Origin: Paramoeba atlantica
Taxonomy: Eukaryota; Protista; Discosea
DNA length: 64,000 nucleotides
Assembly: GCA_977017575.1 (NCBI GenBank)
Contig: CDRNVI010000177.1
Location: 310,001-374,000, forward strand
Reading direction: 5' to 3'
The notes beneath the pieces are model-generated. The model did no database searches, was not told the DNA's origin, and saw only the letters and a list, made by a program, of their open reading frames with translations. Position numbers and translations under genes: made by a program. This document shows, in pieces, positions 10,475 through 25,150 of this stretch; the first letter of the stretch is position 1; each line of letters starts with the position of its first letter.

Positions 10475-12365
10475 AATCATGGATGGGGTGATCTTTCATA
10501 ATGATAATGTGGTTAAAAAAGCAATTAAGGATTTTTGGGAGGGTTTTCTCAGCACAGAAAGACCATATAACAAAGATTCTCTTGATGAACTGATTGCTGA
10601 CCACCAACTTTATTTCCCTCCAGTTGAGAAACATGATGTGGACAGGAAGAAAGTCGATAAACTACTTCAGAGAACCAACAACACCAGCACAGGACTTGAT
10701 GGTATTCCCTTCTTTTTGTATAAGGCAACACAAGAGAAGTACTTTGATATGTGAGTAGAATTAATTCAACAAGCAGGTGAAATTATGAATTTTCAGGAGA
10801 TCAATTGATGAAGCAGTAGAATCAGTATATAACTCTTTTTACAAAGCTTTGGCAGAGGGAAAAGATGTGACTCTCCTCCAAACAGACTTTTGCAAGGCAT
10901 ATGATTATGTGAATTGTGATGCACTCTTTCATATTCTCAAAAGTCTGAATGCCCCCCTCAAGCAATCTATATTGTTGAGAAAGTCCTTTGTGAATATGTA
11001 ACCTGGCTGCTAAATATTAGTGAATCCAAGAGGGCAGGCACCAAAGAATCAATCCAAAGCTAGACAGGAGTTAGACAAGGATGTTCAATCTCCCTTCTAT
11101 TGTTTGTGATTGTGTTTGACATCCTCCTTGTGAGTTTGAAGAAGAAACACAAACCTCCAAGATCTGTCAGGCTTTATGGATGATTTGGGGATAGTGCTTC
11201 AGAGAGCTGAAACCATCAATTCTCTCACTCCAACCTTTAAGAAATATAAAGAAGCAACTGAAGCTAAACTGAACTTTAATAAGTGCTTTATCCTCTCAAC
11301 TGAGTCTTACAAACCAGTAGGCCCCTGGTCTGAGATGGCAAGACTCAATTACTGTGGTGATGAAACTGGGAGTGAGATTGAATAAATGGTTATCTTCTCT
11401 CAAAGATTGAGAGAAGGTGGTCCAAAAGATGAAAAAAGTTGGAACAGCAATTAAAAAGAGAGGTGGGAATTTTTACTCAAGAGTGAGGATGGTCAATATC
11501 TATCTAACTCCATGTATGGAATACTTAGTGAGATTCAAGTTGATCCTAAAATCTATCACCTCTTTGATGTGGAAATCCATTTGCTCAGCTTTGGGTGCCT
11601 ATGCCAACACTAAAACCTCTGTTCTTACTTTATGCTATCCTCTTTGGACTCAAATCCTCAACTACATCACCTTATTGTTTTTAACTGGGCTCTTTTCACC
11701 TCTTGTCCACCAATGAAGAGTGATTATTAGAGTCCTCTCTCTATTGAAGCCATGTGGAAGGATGCTTTCATTGCAGCTCAAAGCCTTTCTTCCAAAGTTG
11801 TGTTTGGCCAGGCCACTTATGTTGCATATACCAATATGTCTCAAATGATTTCAATTGAAATCAAAGACTTGTATGTGGGGAAAAGAAGAGCTGAGTATGT
11901 GGTGTACAACTTGGTTCATGCAATTAAACCTCAGTTTAAGAAGAATTTACTTAAATTTCTAATAAAAGAACTATCTACAAGAAACAAGTTGTCTCACTTC
12001 TCAAACCAAGATTCAAGTTGTTGCCTCTGCCACTGAGAAAAGGAGTTATAATCTCATCGACTGGAAAAATGCTTTGTGGTTGAGGGTTTTCTTCAAGCAA
12101 GAGGAAGGAAATGTATTTTGCTGAAAGTACTCAATTGGCAAAAAACTAAAAATGTATGTGGTCTTGTCTCAAAGTATCTTACTAGGCAAAAAACCTCTGT
12201 GGTGAGTGTTGCCTTGCTAAGTTTGTGGCTCACAGTGTGTGCAGAAGAAACTAAATTAGTTTAGTCTACTATGAAAATTGTTAGAAAAATCCTGAGAAAG
12301 AATAAAATCCTTCTTTAGCCTCCAAAAACTCAAATCAAAAAAGAACCTAAAAAGAAGAAAAGCTT
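10475..12365 (+). mobile_element. 5'-truncated, internally deleted L1/Tx1-type non-LTR retrotransposon (RT pseudogene)
   Basis: RT motifs STGLDGIP, TDFCKAYDYV, GVRQGCSISLLLF, GFMDDLG and KLNFNKC, then a C-terminal CCLCH Cys motif; many stops and frameshifts. Confidence 0.8.
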
Positions 12366-13909
12366 TAAATTCAAAAGCTTTTAAATGTTTTATAATGATT
12401 TAAGATATACAGGCCCTCATCTGGGGGGTGCAGATTTTGTAGTTTTCAGGAAAGAGAGAGAGATATGTGGTGGGTTTGAAACCATTTCTCTTAGCTTTAA
12501 CAATATTGGTGAATTTATAGACTACTTAAAAGGGATACAAAGTGTTAAATCAATGATAAAAAAGATTGTGATTGTTGAAGATTGTATAATTCTTACCAAA
12601 GCAATGTTCAAAACCTACACTAGAAAAAATTATGCTTTAAATGAATTACTTTGTGAAATTACAAGTTAAGGCTTGAAGGTTTGCAACACTATAAGCAAAA
12701 CAACTATTTAAGATAAAAAGAGTTTTGGTATTATCTTTGAACTCTAAAAATCAACATCTTATAATCACTTTTAGAATAAGAATTTTATCAATTTAATAAG
12801 AAAATAACTTATTATTGATATTTGGTGATGAAAATAATATTACATAATACTACTCATTCACTGAGAAATTATACATCACCTTTAAGTCTAAAACAAAGAA
12901 TATTGTTTTGATAATTGTAAAAATTGAAAGACTCCATCCAATAATACCAACTATAAGTATTAAAGTGATATAGAATTCATTTCAAGAGGAACAATATATA
13001 TGTGGGCAATTATATATTAAAACAACTTTGAGTTTTTCAGTATCTTTTTTGCAATTGAAATCAGTTTCATTAATATTTATGATCAATTGAGAGTGAGCAG
13101 CATTAATCTTTTCTTACAATTTTTTTGTATTTTGTTTTAGCTTTTCCTCAAACAAACTGCACCTCTCTGCCTCAAGTGACTCTGAATCAATAAGAAAAAA
13201 TTGTTTTTCACTCTAAACAAAGAAATAAATTCAGGTGAAAGAGATTGCTTTTGAGAAAGTGGTATTAATCCAATCTTTGAAGGTGGTTTGAATCAATGAA
13301 ACTTGGTTTCCATTACATTTTTACACATACTTAACAATTTTATCAATTTGAGAAGGTTCAATCTTTGTAAAGTGTTTTCATATCTTTGATTTCACTCCAA
13401 AAAGCAAATTACCCTAGGTTTTGAAAAGTTTTCTATTTTGTTGTTAGTCAATTTGAAAAAAACAACTTATAGTTGTGAAAGTTTTTATTTATTCTTTTTC
13501 ATTTGGATTATTAAAAATCAATTTTTCATAAAAACAATAACATTACTTAATTAAAGTTTAACAAAGAGTCAACTTTTCTCATTCAAAGGTTTTATAAAAA
13601 AGAATGTATTCATGAACTAAAAGTTTTAAATTTTACAATGAAATTACTTTAACAAGAAAGACAAAAGATTTTTTTTTTTTTTTGTGAAAGAAGATAATAG
13701 ATTCTTGAAAATGAATTTAGGTGAAATGAAGTAATTAAACAAAAACCAACAAAAACAAACAAAAAACTAAAATCAATTTCAGAAACAAAACTAATTTTCT
13801 TTATTTGGCTAAAAAAAAAATATTTTTCTCAATTTAATTTTTATATTTTTGAAAAAAATAAGATTTTAAATATTTAAAAAAGAGAAAAAAATTTTTGATA
13901 AAAAAGAAA

Positions 13910-16900
13910 ATAAAAAATAAATTAAATACATCAATTCAAAACAATTAAGAAATTTGATTGAACCAACTTAAAAAATATCATAGATCTGAAAAATAAGTTC
14001 AAAAAATATCAGAGAATCAGAAAATAAATTAAGGAATTGCATTCAATATGGAGACATAATTAAGAAATTGAAATTACAAAAAAATAATATGAAAAAAATG
14101 AAACAAAAAATAAATCAAATACATCAACCAAAAACAATTAAGAAATTTTATTGAACCAACTTAAAAAATATCACAGATCTGAAATATAAGTTCTAAAAAT
14201 ATCAAAGAATCAGAAAATAAATTAAGAAATTACATTCAATATGGAGACATAATTAAGAAATTGAAATTACAAAAAATTAATGTGAAAAAAAGAAAATAAA
14301 AAATAAATTAAATACATCAATTCAAAACAATTAAGAAATTTGATTGAACCAACTTAAAAAATATCATAGATCTGAAAAATAAGTTCAAAAAATATCAGAG
14401 AATCAGAAAATAAATTAAGGAATTGCATTCAATATGGAGACATAATTAAGAAATTGAAATTACAAAAAAATAATATGAAAAAAATGAAACAAAAAATAAA
14501 TCAAATACATCAACCAAAAACAATTAAGAAATTTTATTGAACCAACTTAAAAAATATCACAGATCTGAAATATAAGTTCTAAAAATATCAGAGAATCAGA
14601 AAATAAATTAAGAAATTACATTCAATATGGAGACATAATTAAGAAATTGAAATTACAAAAAATTAATGTGAAAAAAAGAAAATAAAAAATAAATTAAATA
14701 CATCAATTCAAAACAATTAAGAAATTTGATTGAACCAACTTAAAAAATATCATAGATCTGAAAAATAAGTTCAAAAAATATCAGAGAATCAGAAAATAAA
14801 TTAAGGAATTGCATTCAATATGGAGACATAATTAAGAAATTGAAATTACAAAAAAATAATATGAAAAAAATGAAACAAAAAATAAATCAAATACATCAAC
14901 CAAAAACAATTAAGAAATTTTATTGAACCAACTTAAAAAATATCACAGATCTGAAATATAAGTTCTAAAAATATCAGAGAATCAGAAAATAAATTAAGAA
15001 ATTACATTCAATATGGAGACATAATTAAGAAATTGAAATTACAAAAAATTAATGTGAAAAAAAGAAAATAAAAAATAAATTAAATACATCAATTCAAAAC
15101 AATTAAGAAATTTGATTGAACCAACTTAAAAAATATCATAGATCTGAAAAATAAGTTCAAAAAATATCAGAGAATCAGAAAATAAATTAAGGAATTGCAT
15201 TCAATATGGAGACATAATTAAGAAATTGAAATTACAAAAAAATAATATGAAAAAAATGAAACAAAAAATAAATCAAATACATCAACCAAAAACAATTAAG
15301 AAATTTTATTGAACCAACTTAAAAAATATCACAGATCTGAAATATAAGTTCTAAAAATATCAGAGAATCAGAAAATAAATTAAGAAATTACATTCAATAT
15401 GGAGACATAATTAAGAAATTGAAATTACAAAAAATTAATGTGAAAAAAAGAAAATAAAAAATAAATTAAATACATCAATTCAAAACAATTAAGAAATTTG
15501 ATTGAACCAACTTAAAAAATATCATAGATCTGAAAAATAAGTTCAAAAAATATCAGAGAATCAGAAAATAAATTAAGGAATTGCATTCAATATGGAGACA
15601 TAATTAAGAAATTGAAATTACAAAAAAATAATATGAAAAAAATGAAACAAAAAATAAATCAAATACATCAACCAAAAACAATTAAGAAATTTTATTGAAC
15701 CAACTTAAAAAATATCACAGATCTGAAATATAAGTTCTAAAAATATCAGAGAATCAGAAAATAAATTAAGAAATTACATTCAATATGGAGACATAATTAA
15801 GAAATTGAAATTACAAAAAATTAATGTGAAAAAAAGAAAATAAAAAATAAATTAAATACATCAATTCAAAACAATTAAGAAATTTGATTGAACCAACTTA
15901 AAAAATATCATAGATCTGAAAAATAAGTTCAAAAAATATCAGAGAATCAGAAAATAAATTAAGGAATTGCATTCAATATGGAGACATAATTAAGAAATTG
16001 AAATTACAAAAAAATAATATGAAAAAAATGAAACAAAAAATAAATCAAATACATCAACCAAAAACAATTAAGAAATTTTATTGAACCAACTTAAAAAATA
16101 TCACAGATCTGAAATATAAGTTCTAAAAATATCAGAGAATCAGAAAATAAATTAAGAAATTACATTCAATATGGAGACATAATTAAGAAATTGAAATTAC
16201 AAAAAATTAATGTGAAAAAAAGAAAATAAAAAATAAATTAAATACATCAATTCAAAACAATTAAGAAATTTGATTGAACCAACTTAAAAAATATCATAGA
16301 TCTGAAAAATAAGTTCAAAAAATATCAGAGAATCAGAAAATAAATTAAGGAATTGCATTCAATATGGAGACATAATTAAGAAATTGAAATTACAAAAAAA
16401 TAATATGAAAAAAATGAAACAAAAAATAAATCAAATACATCAACCAAAAACAATTAAGAAATTTTATTGAACCAACTTAAAAAATATCACAGATCTGAAA
16501 TATAAGTTCTAAAAATATCAAAGAATCAGAAAATAAATTAAGAAATTACATTCAATATGGAGACATAATTAAGAAATTGAAATTACAAAAAATTAATGTG
16601 AAAAAAAGAAAATAAAAAATAAATTAAATACATCAATTCAAAACAATTAAGAAATTTGATTGAACCAACTTAAAAAATATCATAGATCTGAAAAATAAGT
16701 TCAAAAAATATCAGAGAATCAGAAAATAAATTAAGGAATTGCATTCAATATGGAGACATAATTAAGAAATTGAAATTACAAAAAAATAATATGAAAAAAA
16801 TGAAACAAAAAATAAATCAAATACATCAACCAAAAACAATTAAGAAATTTTATTGAACCAACTTAAAAAATATCACAGATCTGAAATATAAGTTCTAAAA

Positions 16901-17960
16901 ATATCAGAGAATCAGAAAATAAATTAAGAAATTACATTCAATATGGAGACATAATTAAGAAATTGAAATTACAAAAAATTAATGTGAAAAAAAGAAAATA
17001 AAAAATAAATTAAATACATCAATTCAAAACAATTAAGAAATTTGATTGAACCAACTTAAAAAATATCATAGATCTGAAAAATAAGTTCAAAAAATATCAG
17101 AGAATCAGAAAATAAATTAAGGAATTGCATTCAATATGGAGACATAATTAAGAAATTGAAATTACAAAAAAATAATATGAAAAAAATGAAACAAAAAATA
17201 AATCAAATACATCAACCAAAAACAATTAAGAAATTTTATTGAACCAACTTAAAAAATATCACAGATCTGAAATATAAGTTCTAAAAATATCAAAGAATCA
17301 GAAAATAAATTAAGAAATTACATTCAATATGGAGACATAATTAAGAAATTGAAATTACAAAAAATTAATGTGAAAAAAAGAAAATAAAAAATAAATTAAA
17401 TACATCAATTCAAAACAATTAAGAAATTTGATTGAACCAACTTAAAAAATATCATAGATCTGAAAAATAAGTTCAAAAAATATCAGAGAATCAGAAAATA
17501 AATTAAGGAATTGCATTCAATATGGAGACATAATTAAGAAATTGAAATTACAAAAAAATAATATGAAAAAAATGAAACAAAAAATAAATCAAATACATCA
17601 ACCAAAAACAATTAAGAAATTTTATTGAACCAACTTAAAAAATATCACAGATCTGAAATATAAGTTCTAAAAATATCAGAGAATCAGAAAATAAATTAAG
17701 AAATTACATTCAATATGGAGACATAATTAAGAAATTGAAATTACAAAAAATTAATGTGAAAAAAAGAAAATAAAAAATAAATTAAATACATCAATTCAAA
17801 ACAATTAAGAAATTTGATTGAACCAACTTAAAAAATATCATAGATCTGAAAAATAAGTTCAAAAAATATCAGAGAATCAGAAAATAAATTAAGGAATTGC
17901 ATTCAATATGGAAACATAATTAAGAAATTGAAATTACAAAAAAATTAATATTAAAAAAAT
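13910..17960. repeat. AT-rich satellite: 193-bp monomers alternating A/B, forming a 386-bp higher-order repeat (about 10.5 dimers)
   Basis: The TAGATCTG anchor recurs at 13981, 14367, 14753 ... 17841 (386-bp period) and the CAGATCTG variant at 14174 (+193). Copies are near-identical. Confidence 0.95.
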
Positions 17961-19959
17961 CACTTTTAATAATTTCTTGTTCATTCTCTATTTCAAATGT
18001 TCAAGTGGAAGAAGGCAAACAACTCCCCACAAACATTTCCTAATAGTATAAGTCTTGATAACAAGTCAAACTATTGTATGAATAAACTAAAAACTGATTT
18101 GAGTGGAGAGGTGTGAGGTGGTGGTGGATAAAATTATGTTATGCTATTCAGACCTGAAATTTTTCAGAATGCTCATACTTGTTTAATGAAGTCAATACAA
18201 GTTTTCCAAGTTGATACAAAAAGTGTGAAAAAGAGTGAATATTTTTCACTCTTGTTGGAGCCTTCATCAATAAGTCAGATCCACCACCACAATCAAGACT
18301 ATCATCATCAACAACCTGTTCAACTCAAGAAGACAGGTTTTTGATTAAAGCCTTTCAAAAAACTTCTTCAACAAGATCACATTTATAGACATGGCAACCA
18401 AGGAAGGATTTTTCCAGCCATTTGACTCAATTCTCCAACTGCTGCTGGGTTTGAAGGAGTATGATCCCCCATCACAGATTCAAAAGAAAAGAGGCTCAAA
18501 GAATCTGAAAAGGACTGAATTTTAGGGAATTTCTTTGCCAGATTTTGGAGACCATTTAAAAGAGAAAAAATATCCTTTGCAATTGACAGGGCATCATGAT
18601 TAACTGTTTCTCAAATACCTAAATTAACATGCCTACCTTTGCCCTGGATCCCAACAGAAAGAAGATTTTGTCCTTGTGATGAACTTCCATCATGAGAGAG
18701 AGTTGAGGATTTTCATTCTTGGACTCATAGTAGTGCTTCTAATTTTGATTGGATGCTGCCTTCACAACAAATCTATTGGATTGTGGTTGGTGATGGAAGA
18801 GTAGGGTCTTTTTTCAAAAAAATTCAGAAAAATTCTCAAATTGCAGGAGAAATATTTCTCTGGGCTATATTAAGGGAAGAAAGAGAATTGCAATCCACCA
18901 GCACCAAGTTCAAGAGTTCTTACCTGCTCCTCCTCTTCTTCTTTTCCTTTTTCATCATTCTCTTCATCCTCCTCAGTCTTCTTTGCAAGCAAGGAGGTCA
19001 TGAAATGAAATTTCCTCAGGAAGATCAATCAAATGATGAACTTTTATCAACAAAAAGATCAAGGTCATCCAACGCTTTAATGTGTGGTGGGCGGTGAATA
19101 AAATAACCACAAGCAGGTTGGCTTTCCTTGTTTCAATCATGACCACTTCATAAACCACCAGAAAATTCCCCACCACTTCCACAAAAGCAGATTGCCCAAC
19201 TTTATCAAAGAATTTGGGGGCCAATAAAGAAAAACAACCATTTTCATCCAAAACAAAATGTTCAACAACAATTCACAATTTTTGGTGTTTCAATCACTGG
19301 TTTCAGGAGGTCAGTCCTTCTCTAATAATTTTTCAGTCTAAAGCCTTTTCTAATTGTCTTCATCATTTCTCCTCAAACAAGGAAGGAACAACAATGAATG
19401 GTCCAGCATAAGTCATTGCTTTGTGGTCTGGTCCTTGACAATATTCACACTCAACCTGCACTACTTTCAAGAATCACTTCTTTATGGGTTTCATGAGCCT
19501 TTTTTTCAAAAAAAAAAAGATCAGTTTCAAGAAGAGGGTCTTTGAATTCAAAATCCAAAAGAATTTTGGGGATTGAAAGAAATACCTGCCTTAATCAGAG
19601 TTGTACAACAATTTTTTTGAGCAATTTCAAGGGCCAGGATGATTCAACTCTAAAACAAAAGAACAAAAAAAGAAAAAAGTCTTTGTCATGGTGCTACCTG
19701 CACAACTTTGGGCATGTTTGCACTCTAGAAAGAGAGAAAGAGTGGTGGTGAGAAAGGGAGAAAGGAGAGACAAAAGAAAAACAAAGAATTCAAAAATCCC
19801 AAAAGAGAGAAGAAGAATGAAAGAGAAAGAAAAGAAAAACAAAAACAAAGTGAAAAAGACAAAAAGACAAAAAAAAAAAAAGGAGGGAGGGGAGGAAAGG
19901 AAAAAAAAAAAGAGATTTCAAAAGAAAAAGAAAAGAAAAAAAGAGGAAAAAAAAAGACT

Positions 19960-22900
19960 TTTTCCCCCTTGAAAAACAACAAACAACAAACCACAAACCA
20001 ACCACACCACCAATCACTTCCCACTTCATCCGAATCAATACCCACTCTCCCCTCTTCCTCTCAAACCCCACCTTCAAAAGCTCTGCTCCCCACCCCTGAC
20101 ATAACAAAAGATTTTCAAGATTGCCACAGCCATGCCTCTCGATCCTGGGCACCCTCAAACCAGATAGCACAGAAAACTTTCGGTTCCCAAAACTTCACTT
20201 GGAAAAGAGTTGCAGCCAAGAAGGAGAGCAAGAGAAAGAAAAAGAAGGAAAAAAAGAAGAGGTCAGAGAAAGAGAAAAGGAAGAAAAAAGACAAAGAGAA
20301 CCCCAAAAAAGCGAGAGAGCAGAAGCAGAAACAACGAAGAAAGAGAGAAAAGAAAGGAAGAGAATGAAAAGAAAAAGAAAATAGAGAAGGAAAAAAAACA
20401 GGAAGGAAAAAGAATGGAAAAAAAGAGGAAGAAAGAGAAAAATCAGAAAAAGAAAAGAATGAAAGAAACAGAAAAGAAAGAGAAAAAGAACTAAATCAAA
20501 TGGACAATCCTCAGGCCCAGAAGACAACTTCACATCCTCCAAAATTCCTTGGCAATTGCTCGTACTGAAGATGCAGAGGCCAACACCAAAAAGTAATAGT
20601 CTCCCGATGCGAGAAGTGCCTCCTTACATTCTGCTCCTTTTCCCACCACAGGAAGTCACAAACTCTCTGTCACCCTCTTCCTCCCCCCCCCCCCCAACCT
20701 CTCCCATCCCTAACCTCCCCTCCCTGCTCTCCCTCCAATCCCCCCTCCCACCCTCCCTCCCCAATTCCCTCCCACCCTCCCTCCCCACTTCCCTCCCCCC
20801 CTCCCTCCCCACTCCCCTCCCCCACTCCCTATCCCACTCTTCATCTCAATCTTAATCCTGATCTCAATCCCTCCAGCACCCCTCCCCCTTCCTGTAACAA
20901 CCTGAATGCAATGGTAAAGCAGAAGTTGGCTCCCACATCTCCTGTAACCACTGCCAAATGCATTATTGTTCAACACAATGCCACAACAGCACAGAAAACC
21001 ATCCCATCACCCCTTTTCCTCCTCCCATCTCACCCCTCACCTCACACACCTCTCCACCCTCCTTCCCATCCACCTCATTTGCCCCCCCCCCCCAAGCCCA
21101 CCTCACCACCTCCCTTCCCACACCCCCTCTCACTCCCCTCTCGCTCCCCCTCCCCAACAACTTTCCCACCGCCCTTCTTCTCATGGCCCACCTTCTTTTC
21201 AACAAACTCCTCCCTCCCTCTCCCTTATCCTTGAACTCTTTGAAAATGGCTCCTTTGAAGATATAGTCTTAACTGTCCCCCGCTTCAGAAACTTGGATCG
21301 CACAAGAACAAGCTCCCTCCAAACATGCAGAGCTTGTGACCTCCTTGGACTTGGAATCAACCACTTCTTTGGTGGCCAACAGAAAAACTAAGACCTTACT
21401 CCCATTCTCTCCTCAGATTTCAAAAATGCTCAACAAACAAAGCAAGATGAGATATTGTCCCCCTTCTCTCGAATCGCAAGTAGCACAGGGAGAATAGCCT
21501 TTCTCCTACAGTTCTGGCAACACTGGAAACCTGCACCACAGCCTCCCGAAATCTCGCTCACAAATGTCAAAGACAACTTCTTTTTCATCTGTGGGGATGG
21601 ATCTGTTGCTACCAACCCAAATGGATGGTGCATTGGAAGCTCATCACTCTGTGTCGTTCATGAGAACAAGGAAATTGTCCACTCTCTCATCCATTCTCCC
21701 AAGCCCTGAAAACCATATTAATTGGAGAAACCGCGAGAACAACTCTTTGGCAGATAGGATCACAAGTTTAGCAGTACACAGAGGATGCCCTGACAACACC
21801 TGGAGAATCACACCCATCCTCGACCCAGACCCACAACACATCCAACAACTCTTCTTCAATCATGGGTGCTCTACAACCCTTCCTCATGGAAGCAAAGAAG
21901 AGGCTGCAATGAACTTCATCCTCTCTCTTGAAGGAGACTCCTTCTCAAAACACATCCCCCTCTGCTACATGGACTCAGTACCACTCTGCCTTCATGATAC
22001 AGTCATCAAAACTTTTTGTGCTGTACAACACCTCTTTCATAAGATACCCCAACTCCTGATCCTCCTCCCAAAATGGATCTTTGGATGCCTTAGAAGGGGT
22101 ACTTGAGGAATGAAAGAAGTGAAATCTCAATGCACCATGGTGCGAAATTTTGAGTGGGAGAGACTCCACAAAAAACTTGAGGGCAAGCTCAGCAAACTCA
22201 AGCAAAAGAGGAGGCAGAAGTCCACCAAGAAAACCAAGGCAGACCAGATTATTGAAGAGGTCAGAAAAGGACATCTCTCCAAAGCTGCAAGGAAGCTTCA
22301 ATCCAAGAGTGGATTCAGGGATCTCTCAGTCCCAGAAAATCGTGAAACTGCAAAGAACCTCTACCCAAGATCTGAGCAGGTGTGGACTCCACCAGATCGA
22401 GCCGAAATTCCTGACTGGAAACCAGCAATCCTTGAACAAGATGAGTTTCAGTCCTTTGACTCACTTGATCTGGCCCTTTGGAGACTTCCAAAAGGCCGCA
22501 CACCAGGGCTCTCAGGAATGTCTTATGAGTTTGTCACACTCCTATGCACAGACCGAGAACTCCGCTCAACCCTTAAAGAATTGACTGTCTTAATCACCAA
22601 CCAAAAACTCAATGAAACCATACACAACATCATGGCAACCTCTCTCTTCATTCCTCTGGCAAAAGGGGACAAAGGGATCTGTCCAATTGGTGTTGCTGAG
22701 GTTCTCAAGAGGTGGGCAGCGATTGCACTTGTTCTTGAAATCCAACATGAGGGAATTCCTGAGAAATTGTCCCATCAGTATGGTGTATGCTTGCCAAGTG
22801 GTGCAGAAATGGTCCACAAAGCAATATCACAGCCTATCTCCACCTCCACCCACAACATTATGCCGCAAAACTGGACATTGTTAATGCCTTCAATTCCATC

Positions 22901-25150
22901 TCAAGAAAAACCATCTTTGAGAGCACAGTCCAGCTGGCCCCTGTATTACTTCCATACCTCTACACCTTCTATTCTTCGGCAACACCCCTCACTCTCTCAT
23001 GACCAGAACCACACCCTCACCATGGAGGAGGGTGTCCAGCAAGGAGATCCCCTCGGGACAATTTTCTTTTGTCTGGGATTTCATGGAATCCTCAATCCAA
23101 TTTTTCAGAAGGTTGATGCTCCACCAAATGCACTTCTTCTTCTCCTCTTTGTCAATGATATATTTGTTTGTGGGAGCCTGGTTGCCATTGCAGAAATCAC
23201 CACTCAGATCCAGAGTGTCCTCCCAAATGCCAACCTCAAACTTGGCACAGAAAGGGGCAAAATGGTCTGTTTCTCTCCCAAAGCGCCCAGGAGCAATGAC
23301 CTCAAAAATCTTGGCATTGGGAAGGCGGAAGTAATCACAGTTCTAGGGTCACCCATCGGGCTGAACACTCAAATTTCCAAGTGGCTTCACACCCTTGCTC
23401 AAGAATACCAACAAGCATCACAAGACCACTGTTTAATAATGTTCTCCAACCCCCATGAAAGTCTTGAGCTTTTTGTTAAAACCATCACACCCAAACTAAC
23501 ATACATCTGTCGCACAACACCTCTCTCTTTAACCCCTTTCCAAGACTCCATCAAGCAAACCACTACAACAAACATCAATTACCTCCTCAACCTCCTCCAA
23601 GTCCCCCACCTGCATCCAAACAAAGAACTCCATCTCTCTCGAGTAGAAGCTGCAGGCCTTCCAAAGTCAAAAGGTGGTGGTGGCTTGAGCTACTCTCAGA
23701 ACACCCACCAAGCAGCCTTCCTTGGCTCCTGGATCTCAGTCTACCGATCCTGCTCTGAGTTCAAACCTGAACTTATCAACCTCTTTGAAGACTTCTGGAA
23801 GAGTGACTCACCCCAGCGCCAGGCCCTCCACCAAGCATATGACCATTTTGAAAGCTTCATCTTGAGTGAGTGGAAACTGCCAAGTGGTACCTCTGTCCAT
23901 GAGCTCCTAACTCGATTGACAGAGCCACCATCTGACTCAATGGGCACTGGAGAAAACTACAAACCACAGAAGAAGTTCACCTCCTGTGAACTTCAGGATG
24001 TCAAAAAGAAGATTATGGACCCAACACAAGACAAAAACCTCTGCCGTGCAATCTGTGAGAATGAGGTTGGCCCCACCACCCACTTGTGGATGACAGCCTA
24101 CCCAGACAAGGACACCTCTGGGCCAAAGCCATATCAAGCCTTAAATGCTGAAGATTTTCGCTCAGCCTACCGATGTAGGCTTGACATAGTTGACCCACAC
24201 CTTGGGGCTCTCTGCAAACTTGGGACTGTCAAGTGTGGATTCTGTGAAAAAGAACTCTGTGCTCCATCCTCCCTCCACCTCTCAGATTGCACCAGTCATG
24301 GAAGAGGAACCACACAAGAAGACACCATGCTCTCCGTGACGAACTCAAGAACATTGCCAGCTGGGCGGCGGGAAAAACAACAATCTGAGATGGAGCCTAC
24401 CGGCCAATCGGGAAGTGTCACACAAGCAACCTGATCTTACAATCCGCGAGTGGCAAGGTGACCAGGATCTGTGTATTGATGTCCGAGTTGTGTCAACCCA
24501 CAAAACCCCCCACTTTCGCTGTATGATCCAAACACCCACCAAAACCCACTCTGACCCCCCATACTCGACACCCTCTCACCTGCACACCATGCCAGGATCA
24601 TGAAACACAGAGAATATGTGGACAGATGTCTGACTGAAACAGACTTTAAAATGCAGGAAGGGGCAGAGACACCCCTGAGGAGAAACAGACCCTTAAACAA
24701 ATAACTCTTTCCATTTCTCCAAGGTGAAGTCATCTTCCTTCCAGCATCTTCATCCTCAGGTGGTGGAATATCCCCTGACATTAGTGCACTCCTCCGATCC
24801 CTCACCTCAATTGCCCTCCAAAACGACCGGGTCCTGGATGCCAACCCCCTCCCCCTCTTCTTTAGAACAGCAAAGAAGAAGATTTCAACTGCACTAATGA
24901 AAGCAATGGCAAACCACATGATGAGCATACAGGAAAATCTAAAACCCAGCAACCCCCTTTTGACCCATCACTCTCTGTGCTTCTCATCATCTCTCAATCC
25001 AAATGACATTTCCATTCCCCCCTCTTCTTTCCACATGTACTACCCCCTTTTTCTGCAGTTCCTCCTCTCACTGGGTGAGATATTCTGCCGAATGTGCAAC
25101 CATTCCCTTCTCTTACAACCATCTATTTCGAATAAAAATCTCTTTCATTG

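Noticed and set aside
12385-13600. ORF 12385-12669 and a stop-interrupted minus-strand frame at about 13050-13400
   Set aside because: No recognisable motif and several stops; cannot tell decayed coding sequence from AT-rich spacer.
13910-17960. Satellite as a CRISPR array or a coding repeat
   Set aside because: No unique spacers; the 193/386-bp units are not multiples of 3 and have stops in all frames.
17970-19560. Possible degenerate RT on the minus strand
   Set aside because: Manual translation gave only weak resemblances and no ordered RT motifs; left unassigned.
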